DNA of 64,000 bases from an uncultured Acidobacteriota bacterium. Lineage in GTDB: Bacteria; Acidobacteriota; Vicinamibacteria; Vicinamibacterales; UBA2999. The translations under genes and the position numbers were made by a program. Positions 31,810 through 40,146 of the stretch are shown in pieces. Numbering within the stretch: the first letter of the stretch is position 1; each line of letters opens with the position of its first letter. The stretch is from the NCBI GenBank assembly GCA_902826065.1, contig CADEDM010000006.1, positions 836 to 64,835 on the forward strand, given 5' to 3'. The notes under the pieces were generated by a model. That model saw only the letters and a program-made list of their open reading frames with translations. It made no database searches and was not told the origin of the DNA.

Positions 31810-32271
31810 ATGCGACTGCGAATCGTTTCCATCTGCGCGGCGGCCATCGTGGCCGTGCTCGCCTCTGCCGCGCCCAGCCAGGCTCAGGCCGAGCTGCGCG
31901 CCGGGGTGTGGGACAACTCCACCAACCCCAACAACGTGATGACCTACGAGGCCATCTCCAACGGCAAGGGCAGCAAGCTCGTTGTCAGCAACCCGAGCAA
32001 GCCGGGCGACGAGTGGAGCTACGAGACGATGTTCGACGGCGTGTTCCGTCCGGTCAAGGGCCAGGAAGGCTCCGAGACCGCGGTCGAGCTGATCAACGGC
32101 AATGCCAAGAGCATCCGCATCCTCAACAAGCGCAACGGCCAGGTCTACCAGGTCGTCATCAACACGCTGAACGAGGACAACACCGTCATCAGCAACGAGT
32201 ACATCCGCCTCGACAAGGACGGCAAGATCACGGGCGTCACGCACGTGATTTACAACAAGCGCAAGAAGTAG
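31810..32271 (+). CDS. small secreted Asn/Lys-rich protein of unknown function
   Basis: Signal peptide MRLRIVSICAAAIVAVLASAAPSQAQA. GAGGT RBS. Locally lower G+C, but third codon positions are still mostly G/C. Confidence 0.7.
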   Translation: MRLRIVSICAAAIVAVLASAAPSQAQAELRAGVWDNSTNPNNVMTYEAISNGKGSKLVVSNPSKPGDEWSYETMFDGVFRPVKGQEGSETAVELINGNAKSIRILNKRNGQVYQVVINTLNEDNTVISNEYIRLDKDGKITGVTHVIYNKRKK

Positions 32272-32295
32272 CGCGCCCTCCCCGCCACGGGTTCG

Positions 32296-32332
32296 CAACG
32301 GCCGCCGGTGATCCGGCGGCCGTTGGCTTTTT
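32296..32332 (+). terminator. canonical rho-independent terminator
   Basis: 13-bp perfect stem CAACGGCCGCCGG-tgat-CCGGCGGCCGTTG followed by GCTTTTT. Confidence 0.8.
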
Positions 32333-32355
32333 CAGGGCGACGTGGCGCGCGACGC

Positions 32356-33246
32356 TCAGTGCGTCATCGCGTACATCAGGATGTTGATGCCGGCCGCGTA
32401 GGCGTCGGGCGAGAAGCGGAAGAAGTAGTCGTGGTCCTCGCCTTCCCGCTCCCACGGATCGGGCAGGTCGGTGTTGTGCACCATCACCACCATCAGCCGT
32501 CCCCTGGCGTCGGCGATGCCGCGGACGGTCGGTGGCGCCGCCTCGTCGTTCCAGCGCTCGATGGTGTCGCCGCCGCTGCGCCGCCACGTCTGGATCGAGG
32601 CCATCTGCGGGATGCGCTCGACGTTGAAGAACGTCTGCCAGATCGGGTGTCCGGGCGGCATCAGGTCGACGATCGGGAACTGGCCCGGCGGCAGGGCGCG
32701 CGCGATCTCCGCGTCGAACTGTTCCCGCGCGTAGGTGCCGTGATAGTCGGAGACCAGCAGGAATCCGCCCTTGAGCAGGTAGTCGCGCACCCGCGGAATC
32801 TCCGCGTCGTTGAGGCGGATGGTGCCGGCGTCCTCCATCAGCACGAACGGGCATTGGAACAGCGCGTCGTCGGTGAGGCGCACGACCACCGCGTCTGGCA
32901 TCTCCTGCTCGCCGCCGGCCCAGTGCGTCATCCGCACCTGCACCTTGGTGAGCTCGGCGAGGCGGATGCTGAAGTTGATGTCGGCGCCGGGATAGTCGGT
33001 GGCCCAGCCCTGCTTCTCGCGGCGATTGCTGGTGAACATCGCGCGGCAGAAATTGAAGCCGCCGGTGAAGCTGTCGGGCGCGGGGAAGCGCGGCGGGGTG
33101 CGGCCGTAGTAGCCGCCCCAGAGCAGCTGGGCGCTCGCCGCGGCGAGACCGAGTCCGCACACCGCCAGCGCGACGAGCGCCGCCGTCACCAGCCGCCGTC
33201 GTGGCGGCACGAGGGCATACCACCTCCGCGCCATGGCTGGCTCCAT
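32356..33246 (-). CDS. DUF4159-like exported protein
   Basis: N-terminal anchor LVTAALVALAVCGLGLAAA, then GGFNFCRAMFTSNRREKQGWATDYPGADINFSIRL and the FLLVSDYHG pattern, recalled from the DUF4159 family. Confidence 0.55.
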   Translation of the reverse strand: MEPAMARRWYALVPPRRRLVTAALVALAVCGLGLAAASAQLLWGGYYGRTPPRFPAPDSFTGGFNFCRAMFTSNRREKQGWATDYPGADINFSIRLAELTKVQVRMTHWAGGEQEMPDAVVVRLTDDALFQCPFVLMEDAGTIRLNDAEIPRVRDYLLKGGFLLVSDYHGTYAREQFDAEIARALPPGQFPIVDLMPPGHPIWQTFFNVERIPQMASIQTWRRSGGDTIERWNDEAAPPTVRGIADARGRLMVVMVHNTDLPDPWEREGEDHDYFFRFSPDAYAAGINILMYAMTH

Positions 33247-33284
33247 CCTAGCCGCGATTCGTGCCGACGCGGCGGCCTCGCGGC

Positions 33285-34145
33285 TCAGCGGGCGCTGAGA
33301 CGCGCGATCCAGGCGCGGGCGACCTCGAGTACGAACTCCTGGCAGGCCCGGGCACTCTGTCCATCGTAGGCGCCGGCATTGGTGATGTTGTTCGACAGCA
33401 CGCGGATGCCGAGGAACGGCACCTGGCTCATGCCGGCCACCTGCGCCACCGCCGCCGTCTCCATCTCCTCGACGCTGGTGCCGTACTCGTCATGCAACCG
33501 CTTGATGCGATCCAGCTCGCTGTTCCACATGTCGCTCGAGCCGATCACGCCCTCGACCACCCGACCGGCGCGATAGCGATCCTTCACGCGCGCGGCGGCC
33601 TCGAGCAGCGTGCCGTCGGCGGGGAAGCGGCGCATCACCCAGGCGTTCGGATCCTGCCCGGCGCTGCCCTCGGTGCGGATGAGGTCCATGGGACGCCAGC
33701 TCGCGAAGTCGCTGCCCTCGCCGAGGCCCCGCGCGCCGGTCCGGAAGGCGCCGATGTTCACCGAGGCGGTGCCGATGACGATGTCCTTCACCTGCAGCGC
33801 CGGGTCGTGGCCACCGGCCGTGCCCTGGTTGAGGATGGCGCCCGGGTGGAAGCGCGCGATGGCGATCGCGGTGGCCGCCGCGGCGTTGGTCATGCCCTTC
33901 TGCGTCTTCGAGACGACCACCGGGTAGCCGTCGAGCGTGCCGGCCCAGAACGTGTAGCCCTGCACCTGCTGCTCGGCGGGACCGGTGAGCGCGGCCACGA
34001 GCGCATCGGTCTCGATCGGCATAGCGCCCTGGAGGACGAGCGGATCGCGCGCCGCGCCCGGCCGGGCGCAGCCGGCCGCCGCGACGGCGACACCTAGCGA
34101 CACGGCAAGGCAGACTCTCGACAGGCGGTGCGGTCCGAAACGCAT
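33285..34145 (-). CDS. exported (lipoprotein-type) MTA/SAH nucleosidase-family purine nucleosidase
   Basis: Lipobox-like VAVAAAGC. PNP_UDP_1 motifs GMTNAAAATAIAI, NQGTAGG and VEEMETAAVAQVA. Confidence 0.75.
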   Translation of the reverse strand: MRFGPHRLSRVCLAVSLGVAVAAAGCARPGAARDPLVLQGAMPIETDALVAALTGPAEQQVQGYTFWAGTLDGYPVVVSKTQKGMTNAAAATAIAIARFHPGAILNQGTAGGHDPALQVKDIVIGTASVNIGAFRTGARGLGEGSDFASWRPMDLIRTEGSAGQDPNAWVMRRFPADGTLLEAAARVKDRYRAGRVVEGVIGSSDMWNSELDRIKRLHDEYGTSVEEMETAAVAQVAGMSQVPFLGIRVLSNNITNAGAYDGQSARACQEFVLEVARAWIARLSAR

Positions 34146-34153
34146 GGTGCGCG

Positions 34154-34165
34154 GATGGTACCATC
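34154..34165. promoter_or_regulatory. perfect 12-bp palindrome GATGGTACCATC centred in a 29-bp divergent intergenic gap
   Basis: Read directly from the sequence. Lies between the start codons at 34145 (-) and 34175 (+). Confidence 0.45.
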
Positions 34166-34174
34166 GGCCCTCGC

Positions 34175-35449
34175 ATGAGCGCGCCGCGATCCTCCTGGTA
34201 CGCCGACGTCGTCGGCGGTGTCACCACCTTCTTCACCATGGCGTACATCGTCGTGGTCAACCCCGGCATCCTGGCCACGCCGGGCACCGGCATGCCGTTC
34301 TCGGGCGTGCTCACCGCCACGGTCTTCGTCGCCTGCGCGATGACGCTGCTGATGGGCGTGTACGCCAGGCTGCCCTTCGCGGTCGCGCCCGGTATGGGGC
34401 TCAACGCGTTCTTCGCGTTCACGCTGATCCTCCAGCATCAGATCCCGTGGCCGACGGCGCTGGGCATCGTGTTCTGGGCCGGCGTGCTGTTCCTGCTGGT
34501 CTCGGTGACGCCGCTGCGCGAGCACGTCGCGATGGCGATCCCGGCGTCACTCCGGGCGGCCGCCGCAGGCGGCATCGGCCTGCTGCTGACGTTCCTCGGC
34601 CTGCGGAATGCCGGCATCGTCGTCGGCGATCCGGCGACGCTCGTGCGGATGGGCGTGCTCGACCACAAGGCCGCCTTCCTGCTGCTCGGCCTCCTGGTGG
34701 CGGTGTTCATGACGCGGCGCCGGAATCCGCTGGCGTTCCTCAGCGCCATCGGCGCCGTCTCGGGGCTGGCGTGGGGCCTGGGTTTCGAGCGGCCGCCGGC
34801 GGCGATCGTCAGCCTGCCCGACTTCTCGTCGACGTTCCTCGCGCTCGACGTGTGGGGCGCATTGCAGATCGCGCTGCTGCCGTCGATCGTCGCGATCCTC
34901 TTCACCGACCTCTTCGACTCGCTGTCGACCTTCATCGGCGTGGCCACGGCGTCGGGCCTGACGGAGCGCGATGGCCGTCCGTTGAACCTGCGCAAGGGCC
35001 TGATCGTCGACGCCATCGCCACGGCGTCGGCCGGCCTGGCCGGCTCGTCGCCGGGCACCGCCTACGTCGAGAGCATCGCCGGCATTCGCATGGGCGGGCG
35101 CACCGGACGCGCCTCGGTGATCACGGCGCTGTGCTTCGTGCCGTGCTTCTTCCTCGGCCCGCTGGTTGCCGCCGTGCCCGGCTATGCCACGGCCGCGGTG
35201 CTGGTGCTGGTGGGCGTGTCGATGTTCCAGGCCGTGCTGAGCGTGGACTTCTCGGCAATCGAGGACGCCCTGCCGGCGTTCGTCACCTTCGTCTTGATCC
35301 CGCTGACGCTGTCGATCACACAGGGCATCCTGTGGGGGTTCCTGCTGCACGCCCTGCTCTATGCCGCGGTCGGGCGGGCGAAGGACGTCGGCGGGACGCT
35401 CTGGGTGCTGGCCGTGCTGTCGGGCGGGCTCCTCGTGCTCGGACACTAG
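34175..35449 (+). CDS. NCS2/AzgA-family purine (adenine/guanine/hypoxanthine) permease
   Basis: GGVTTFFTMAYIVVVNPGILA, about 12 TM, and the SPGTAYVESIAGI motif. Confidence 0.85.
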   Translation: MSAPRSSWYADVVGGVTTFFTMAYIVVVNPGILATPGTGMPFSGVLTATVFVACAMTLLMGVYARLPFAVAPGMGLNAFFAFTLILQHQIPWPTALGIVFWAGVLFLLVSVTPLREHVAMAIPASLRAAAAGGIGLLLTFLGLRNAGIVVGDPATLVRMGVLDHKAAFLLLGLLVAVFMTRRRNPLAFLSAIGAVSGLAWGLGFERPPAAIVSLPDFSSTFLALDVWGALQIALLPSIVAILFTDLFDSLSTFIGVATASGLTERDGRPLNLRKGLIVDAIATASAGLAGSSPGTAYVESIAGIRMGGRTGRASVITALCFVPCFFLGPLVAAVPGYATAAVLVLVGVSMFQAVLSVDFSAIEDALPAFVTFVLIPLTLSITQGILWGFLLHALLYAAVGRAKDVGGTLWVLAVLSGGLLVLGH

Positions 35450-35477
35450 CCGCTCGGCCGCCGCGGCTCATCTCGCG

Positions 35478-35483
35478 TAGACT
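35478..35483 (+). promoter_or_regulatory. -10-like hexamer TAGACT
   Basis: Exact GTAGACT lies 55 nt upstream of ATG 35539. Confidence 0.3.
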
Positions 35484-35538
35484 GCGCCTCAGCCGCCCGG
35501 CTGCTCTCCGGCGCCGGGGCGTTATCCGGAGACCCTGC

Positions 35539-36996
35539 ATGCGTTCGACGACCCGCGCCACGCTCGCCTTCACCATCGCCCTCGGCCTGGGCGTTCCCGC
35601 CGCGCACGCGCGACAGGCGGCGCCGGCGCCGATCGACTGGCTGGGCCGCGTCGCGGCGCCCGGCCTGCCCTCGGCCGAGCGGCCGTTCGGCACGCTGCGG
35701 GAGCAGGCGGCGATGCAGCAGGCGTGGCTGCAGAAGCGGCTCGACACGTTCCTGCCGGCGTTGATGCGCAAGCACGGCATCGACCTGTGGGTCGTGCCGA
35801 TGCGCGAGTACAACGAAGACCCGGTGTTCTCGTCGATCACCGCCCCCGAGACCTTCGCCGCGCGCCGCCGCACCATCTACGTGTTCTTCGATCGCTGCGC
35901 GGCCGCCGGCACGTCGCCGGGGCCGTCGTGCATCGAGCGCATCGCGCTGGGCGGCACCTCGCAGGGCGGCGTGTTCGACGCTCGGACGTCGGCCATCGCC
36001 GTGAACCAGGCGGTCGGCGGCCGCAACGCCGAGTTGTGGGGCGACGAGCAGTGGAAGCTGCTGGTGCAGGTCGTCGGCGAGCGCAAGCCGAAGGTGATCG
36101 GCATCAACCGCTCGCGCGTGTTCGCCTTCAACGACGGGCTGTCGAGCGGCGAGCTCGAGGGCATGAGCGAGGCCCTCGGCCCGATGTGGGCCAAGACCCT
36201 CAAGAATGCCGAGGCGTTGCCGCTCGAGCTGATCGCGTCGCGCCTGCCCGAGGAAGAGGCGTTCTTCGCGAAGATGAACGCGCTCGTGTGGCAGCTCTCG
36301 GAGACGATGTTCTCCGACAGGGTCATCGTGCCGGGGAAGACGCGCACCAGTGACCTCGTCTGGTGGTGGCGCCAGCGCGTGAACGACCTGGGCATGGGCA
36401 CGTGGTTCCAGCCCAGCGTGAACGTGCAGCGCCAGGGCGCGACCGGGCGCGACCTCGGCGACGATCCGGTGATCCAGCCCGGCGACGTCCTGCACTCGGA
36501 CCTGGGGATCACGGTGGCGCGACTCAACACCGACACCCAGCATCTCGCCTACGTGCTGAAGCCCGGTGAGACCGACGCCCCGGCCGGGCTGAAGCACGCC
36601 CTCGCCAACGCGAACACGATGCAGGACATCTCGCTGGAGGAAATTCGTCCCGGCCGCACCGGCAACGAGGCGCTCGGCTCGGTGCTGTCGCGCATGAAGG
36701 CGAAGGGCATCACCGGCACCATGTACACCCACCCGATCGGGATGCACGGCCACGGCGCCGGGCCGCTCGTGGGGCTGTGGGACTACCAGGACGGCGTGCC
36801 CGGCCGCGGCGACGCCACGGTGATCCCGTCGATGTGGTTCTCGATCGAGCTGCAGGCCACCACGCCGGTCGCCGAGTGGGGCGGCCAGCCGGTGCAGATG
36901 GCACAGGAAGAGGACATGATCATCGACGCCGCCGGCAAGGTGCGCTGGGCGCACAAGCGGCAGGATCGGCTGTTCCTGGTGCGCGGCGCGCGTTGA
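35539..36996 (+). CDS. secreted M24-family metallopeptidase (Xaa-Pro peptidase/creatinase fold)
   Basis: Signal peptide MRSTTRATLAFTIALGLGVPAAHA. C-terminal pita-bread motifs HSDLGITV, HPIGMHGHGAGP and FSIELQ. The track ORF 33985..36996 is an over-extension across the permease gene. Confidence 0.75.
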   Translation: MRSTTRATLAFTIALGLGVPAAHARQAAPAPIDWLGRVAAPGLPSAERPFGTLREQAAMQQAWLQKRLDTFLPALMRKHGIDLWVVPMREYNEDPVFSSITAPETFAARRRTIYVFFDRCAAAGTSPGPSCIERIALGGTSQGGVFDARTSAIAVNQAVGGRNAELWGDEQWKLLVQVVGERKPKVIGINRSRVFAFNDGLSSGELEGMSEALGPMWAKTLKNAEALPLELIASRLPEEEAFFAKMNALVWQLSETMFSDRVIVPGKTRTSDLVWWWRQRVNDLGMGTWFQPSVNVQRQGATGRDLGDDPVIQPGDVLHSDLGITVARLNTDTQHLAYVLKPGETDAPAGLKHALANANTMQDISLEEIRPGRTGNEALGSVLSRMKAKGITGTMYTHPIGMHGHGAGPLVGLWDYQDGVPGRGDATVIPSMWFSIELQATTPVAEWGGQPVQMAQEEDMIIDAAGKVRWAHKRQDRLFLVRGAR

Positions 36997-37027
36997 GCGG
37001 GCGCACCTCGGAGCGCGAGAGGACACC

Positions 37028-38191
37028 ATGCGTGCAGTGACCAGGCGGACGTTCGTGGAGACGCTCGGGGCGACGGCGGGTCTCGGCGCCCTGACGACGG
37101 CGTCGGCTCCTGCGGCGTCGTCGGCGGCGCCAGGGGACGGCGAGGCGGACCGTGCCGTCTACCTCGCGGGCGACGGGATCGAACTCGCGCCGGCGGCGTA
37201 CGCGTCGCTGCTGCAGCGCCTCACCGCGGACCGCGAGGTGGCGGAGGACAACTATCTCCTGGGCGGGGAGGTCGAGGCGTTCGAGCGTGAGTGGGCCACG
37301 CTGCTGGGCAAGGAGACGGCCGTCTTCATGCCATCCGGAACGCTGGCCAACCAGCTCGCGTTGCGCGCCCTGGCCGGTGAGAAGCGGCGCGTCATCGTGC
37401 CCGAGATGAGCCACATCTACAACGACACCGGCGATGCCTGCCAGACGCTGTCGGCGCTCACGCTCCTGCCCCTGGCTGCGAACGCGGCGACGTTCACGGT
37501 GAAGGACGTCGAGGCCGTGCTGTCTCGCACCGCCGGCGGACGCGTCTCGGCCCCCGTGGGCGCGCTGGTCATCGAGAGCCCGATTCGGCGCCTGTCGGGG
37601 CAGATGTTCGACTGGGCCGAAGCGCAGCGCGTCTGCGCGTTCGCGCGCGAGAAGGGAATCGGTACGCATCTCGACGGCGCCCGGCTGTTCATCGCCTCGG
37701 CCTACACGGGCGTCTCGCCGCGCGACTACGCGGCGCCGTTCGACACCGTCTACGTGTCGTTGTGGAAGTACTTCAACGCCGGTCAGGGCGCGATCCTGGC
37801 CGGACCGAAGCGCCTGCTCGCCGACATGTTCCACGCGCGCCGGATGTTCGGCGGCAACCTCGCGGTGGGCTGGCCGGCCGCGCTCGTGAGCCGGCACTAC
37901 CAGGACGGCTTCGTCGATCGCCTGAAGGCGGCGGTGCGCGCGTCCGAGCATCTCTACGCCGGCCTGGCGCGCCATCCACGCGTCGCCATCGAGCGCATTC
38001 CGAACGGCACGAACCTGACGCGCCTCACGCTGCACGGCGACGCGGCGACGGCCAGAGCGCGCCTGCGCGACGCCGGCATCCGGATGCCGGCGCCGTCGGC
38101 CCAGGGCCAGGTGACGCTGGGCGTGAACGAGACGTGGACCCGGCGCACCGGGGCGGAGTTGCTGACGGCGTTCGAGCAGGCGTTGGCGTGA
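37028..38191 (+). CDS. TAT-exported PLP-dependent threonine-aldolase-like (beta-eliminating lyase fold) enzyme
   Basis: Twin-arginine signal MRAVTRRTFVETLGATAGLGAL. GGEVEAFEREWATLLGKETAVFMPSGTLANQLALRAL. The Lys-containing segment VYVSLWKYF. Confidence 0.7.
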   Translation: MRAVTRRTFVETLGATAGLGALTTASAPAASSAAPGDGEADRAVYLAGDGIELAPAAYASLLQRLTADREVAEDNYLLGGEVEAFEREWATLLGKETAVFMPSGTLANQLALRALAGEKRRVIVPEMSHIYNDTGDACQTLSALTLLPLAANAATFTVKDVEAVLSRTAGGRVSAPVGALVIESPIRRLSGQMFDWAEAQRVCAFAREKGIGTHLDGARLFIASAYTGVSPRDYAAPFDTVYVSLWKYFNAGQGAILAGPKRLLADMFHARRMFGGNLAVGWPAALVSRHYQDGFVDRLKAAVRASEHLYAGLARHPRVAIERIPNGTNLTRLTLHGDAATARARLRDAGIRMPAPSAQGQVTLGVNETWTRRTGAELLTAFEQALA

Positions 38192-38201
38192 TGCTCGCGC
38201 G

Positions 38202-39206
38202 TCAGGCGCGGAGCAGCGCCGTCATGATCAGGGCCGAGGCCGCCGTGGCCGCAGCCGCGGCCGCTACGGCCAGGCGATCAGAGACCGGCGGTGACCAACC
38301 GCGGGCGCGCAGCACGTAGCGCAGGCCCAGGGCGGCGTGGACACCCACGGCCACGACGCTCAATGCGTAGTAGGGCGCGAGCCGCGCGCTCCACGGGTCG
38401 GTCAGCATGCTGTCGGCCGTGAGCCACTGCCAGTTGGTGTCGATGTCGCGCAGCCATCGCGCCCGCAGCGCCGCCGTGAGATGCGACAGGAAGAAGGCGG
38501 CCAGGTAGGCGCCCGACGCGACCTGCGCGGTGTGCCACCACGACCGCGTCCGTTCGACGTGGTCGCGCAGCAACCGCAGTCCGCTCAGCGTCTGGAACGC
38601 GACCGCGGCGAGCAGCACGAGCTCGACGCCCGGCGCACGATAGACGGTTCGCAGCGCGGACATCACGGCGATGTGTCGCTCGCCGCCGGCGAGGGCCGCG
38701 AGATGGTTGGTGAGGTGCGCCAGCGCGAACACCGTGATGATGGCGGCGCTGCACCCATGCGCGAACGCCAGTCTCGCCGGCCGGGGCCGCGCCGCGCGCG
38801 CCGTCTGGCCGCCGGTCGTCGCGACGACCGTCAGCGTGAGCCACAGGAGGATCCAGACAGCGAGGCCGTGCAGCGGCACCGTCGTCTGGAAGTCCAGCAG
38901 ACCGCCGAGCCACGAGTAGAGCGGCGGCGCAGCGACGACGGCGAGCGCGACGGCGCGGGCCCGTGGGGACGCCGGTCCCAACGCGTGCGCGGCGGTCACA
39001 CCGATCGCCGGCACCGCCAGTGCCATCGCGAGGAACAGGGGTGAGATCGCCGGGCCGGCCCAGATGATCGCGGGGTAGACCAGCGCCGCCAGCGGTGGCG
39101 CCGCCAGCGTCAGCCGGGACACGGCGGCCGGATCTCGCACGTGGAGAGCGTAGGCTGGCGCCGGAGGGACGGGAAGGGCCAATGGCGCGGCCATGCATTG
39201 CGCCAT
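38202..39206 (-). CDS. polytopic integral membrane protein of unknown function (about 8 TM, conserved-looking His in the C-terminal helices)
   Basis: Strongly hydrophobic with regular TM spacing. The competing + strand ORF is Arg-rich nonsense. Confidence 0.6.
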   Translation of the reverse strand: MAQCMAAPLALPVPPAPAYALHVRDPAAVSRLTLAAPPLAALVYPAIIWAGPAISPLFLAMALAVPAIGVTAAHALGPASPRARAVALAVVAAPPLYSWLGGLLDFQTTVPLHGLAVWILLWLTLTVVATTGGQTARAARPRPARLAFAHGCSAAIITVFALAHLTNHLAALAGGERHIAVMSALRTVYRAPGVELVLLAAVAFQTLSGLRLLRDHVERTRSWWHTAQVASGAYLAAFFLSHLTAALRARWLRDIDTNWQWLTADSMLTDPWSARLAPYYALSVVAVGVHAALGLRYVLRARGWSPPVSDRLAVAAAAAATAASALIMTALLRA

Positions 39207-39266
39207 TGCGCCACGATGGTGGCTCGGAGACGACTTTGCCGCTAGTCCAGGCAGGAGTCGTCTGCC

Positions 39267-40100
39267 ATGCCGTTCTCACGTTCGCTCGCGGCCTTGCTGC
39301 TCACGTTCACGGTCGCTCCCATTGCCGGGGCGCAGGTCATCGGCCCGCTGCGCTGGCAACTCGCGCCGTACTGCAACGTGGTGACGATCACGGTGACGCC
39401 CTCTGGCGGGCAGTACGGATTGCAGGGTGTCGACGACCAGTGCGGCGCCGGTGCGGCGCCGTCCGGCGTCATCGGCCTGGCCTACCCCATGCCCTCCGGC
39501 GACGTCGGCATGAGCCTGACCACGGTGCTGGCCCCGTCAGCCACGCCGGTGCACACCGACGTGACGCTGAGCCTCGCCACCCTGCACGGCACGTGGCGCG
39601 ACAGCGTCGGCAACAGCGGCACGTTCGTGTTCGCGCCCGGCGCGGTCGCCGGCGGCAAACGGCCGGTATCGCCGGCGGGTCTTCGCCCCGGTAGCGTCAC
39701 GGCGTCGCACCTCGCCACCAATGCCGTCGGCACTCTCAATCTCGCCAACGGCGCCGTGTCGGCCAGCAAGATCGCCAACGACGGCATCAACGACAGCACG
39801 CTCATCGCGCCCGGGACGATCGAGCTGAGCGACCTGAACCAGCAGCTCAGCGTGGGCACCAACAGCACGTGGTCGATCCCGGCCGGAGGCTGCGTGGCGC
39901 GCCAGACGACCTCGTTCACCGAGACCGTGCAGGAGGGCGACCTGCTGCTGGCGCGCATCCAGACCGGCCCGCCCGGCGTGTTCACGCTGGCGGCGGTGGC
40001 CGGCGCCGATGGCCGGTTCGGCTACGTCGTCTGCAACCCGACCAACGCCGCGATCGTCAGCACGGGCATCGCGCTGTCGCTCAAGCGCGTGCCGCGCTGA
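39267..40100 (+). CDS. secreted protein, paralogue 2 of the PYCNV/QCG family, with fibre-like repeats
   Basis: AGGAG RBS. Signal peptide ends PIAGAQ. N-module: LRWQLAPYCNVVTITV...VDDQCGA...LHGTWRD...GTFVFAP. Then about 10-residue repeats GSVTASHLATN/AVGTLNLANG/AVSASKIANDG. Confidence 0.75.
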   Translation: MPFSRSLAALLLTFTVAPIAGAQVIGPLRWQLAPYCNVVTITVTPSGGQYGLQGVDDQCGAGAAPSGVIGLAYPMPSGDVGMSLTTVLAPSATPVHTDVTLSLATLHGTWRDSVGNSGTFVFAPGAVAGGKRPVSPAGLRPGSVTASHLATNAVGTLNLANGAVSASKIANDGINDSTLIAPGTIELSDLNQQLSVGTNSTWSIPAGGCVARQTTSFTETVQEGDLLLARIQTGPPGVFTLAAVAGADGRFGYVVCNPTNAAIVSTGIALSLKRVPR

Positions 40101-40146
40101 GCGATCGTCGTGCCGGGCAGGCCGGCGTGACCGGATGCCGGAGCAC

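Noticed and set aside
31810-32271. Local G+C dip as evidence of horizontal transfer.
   Set aside because: Third codon positions stay G/C-rich (aac/aag/atc preferred). The dip is explained by the Asn/Lys/Ile-rich protein composition, not by foreign codon usage.
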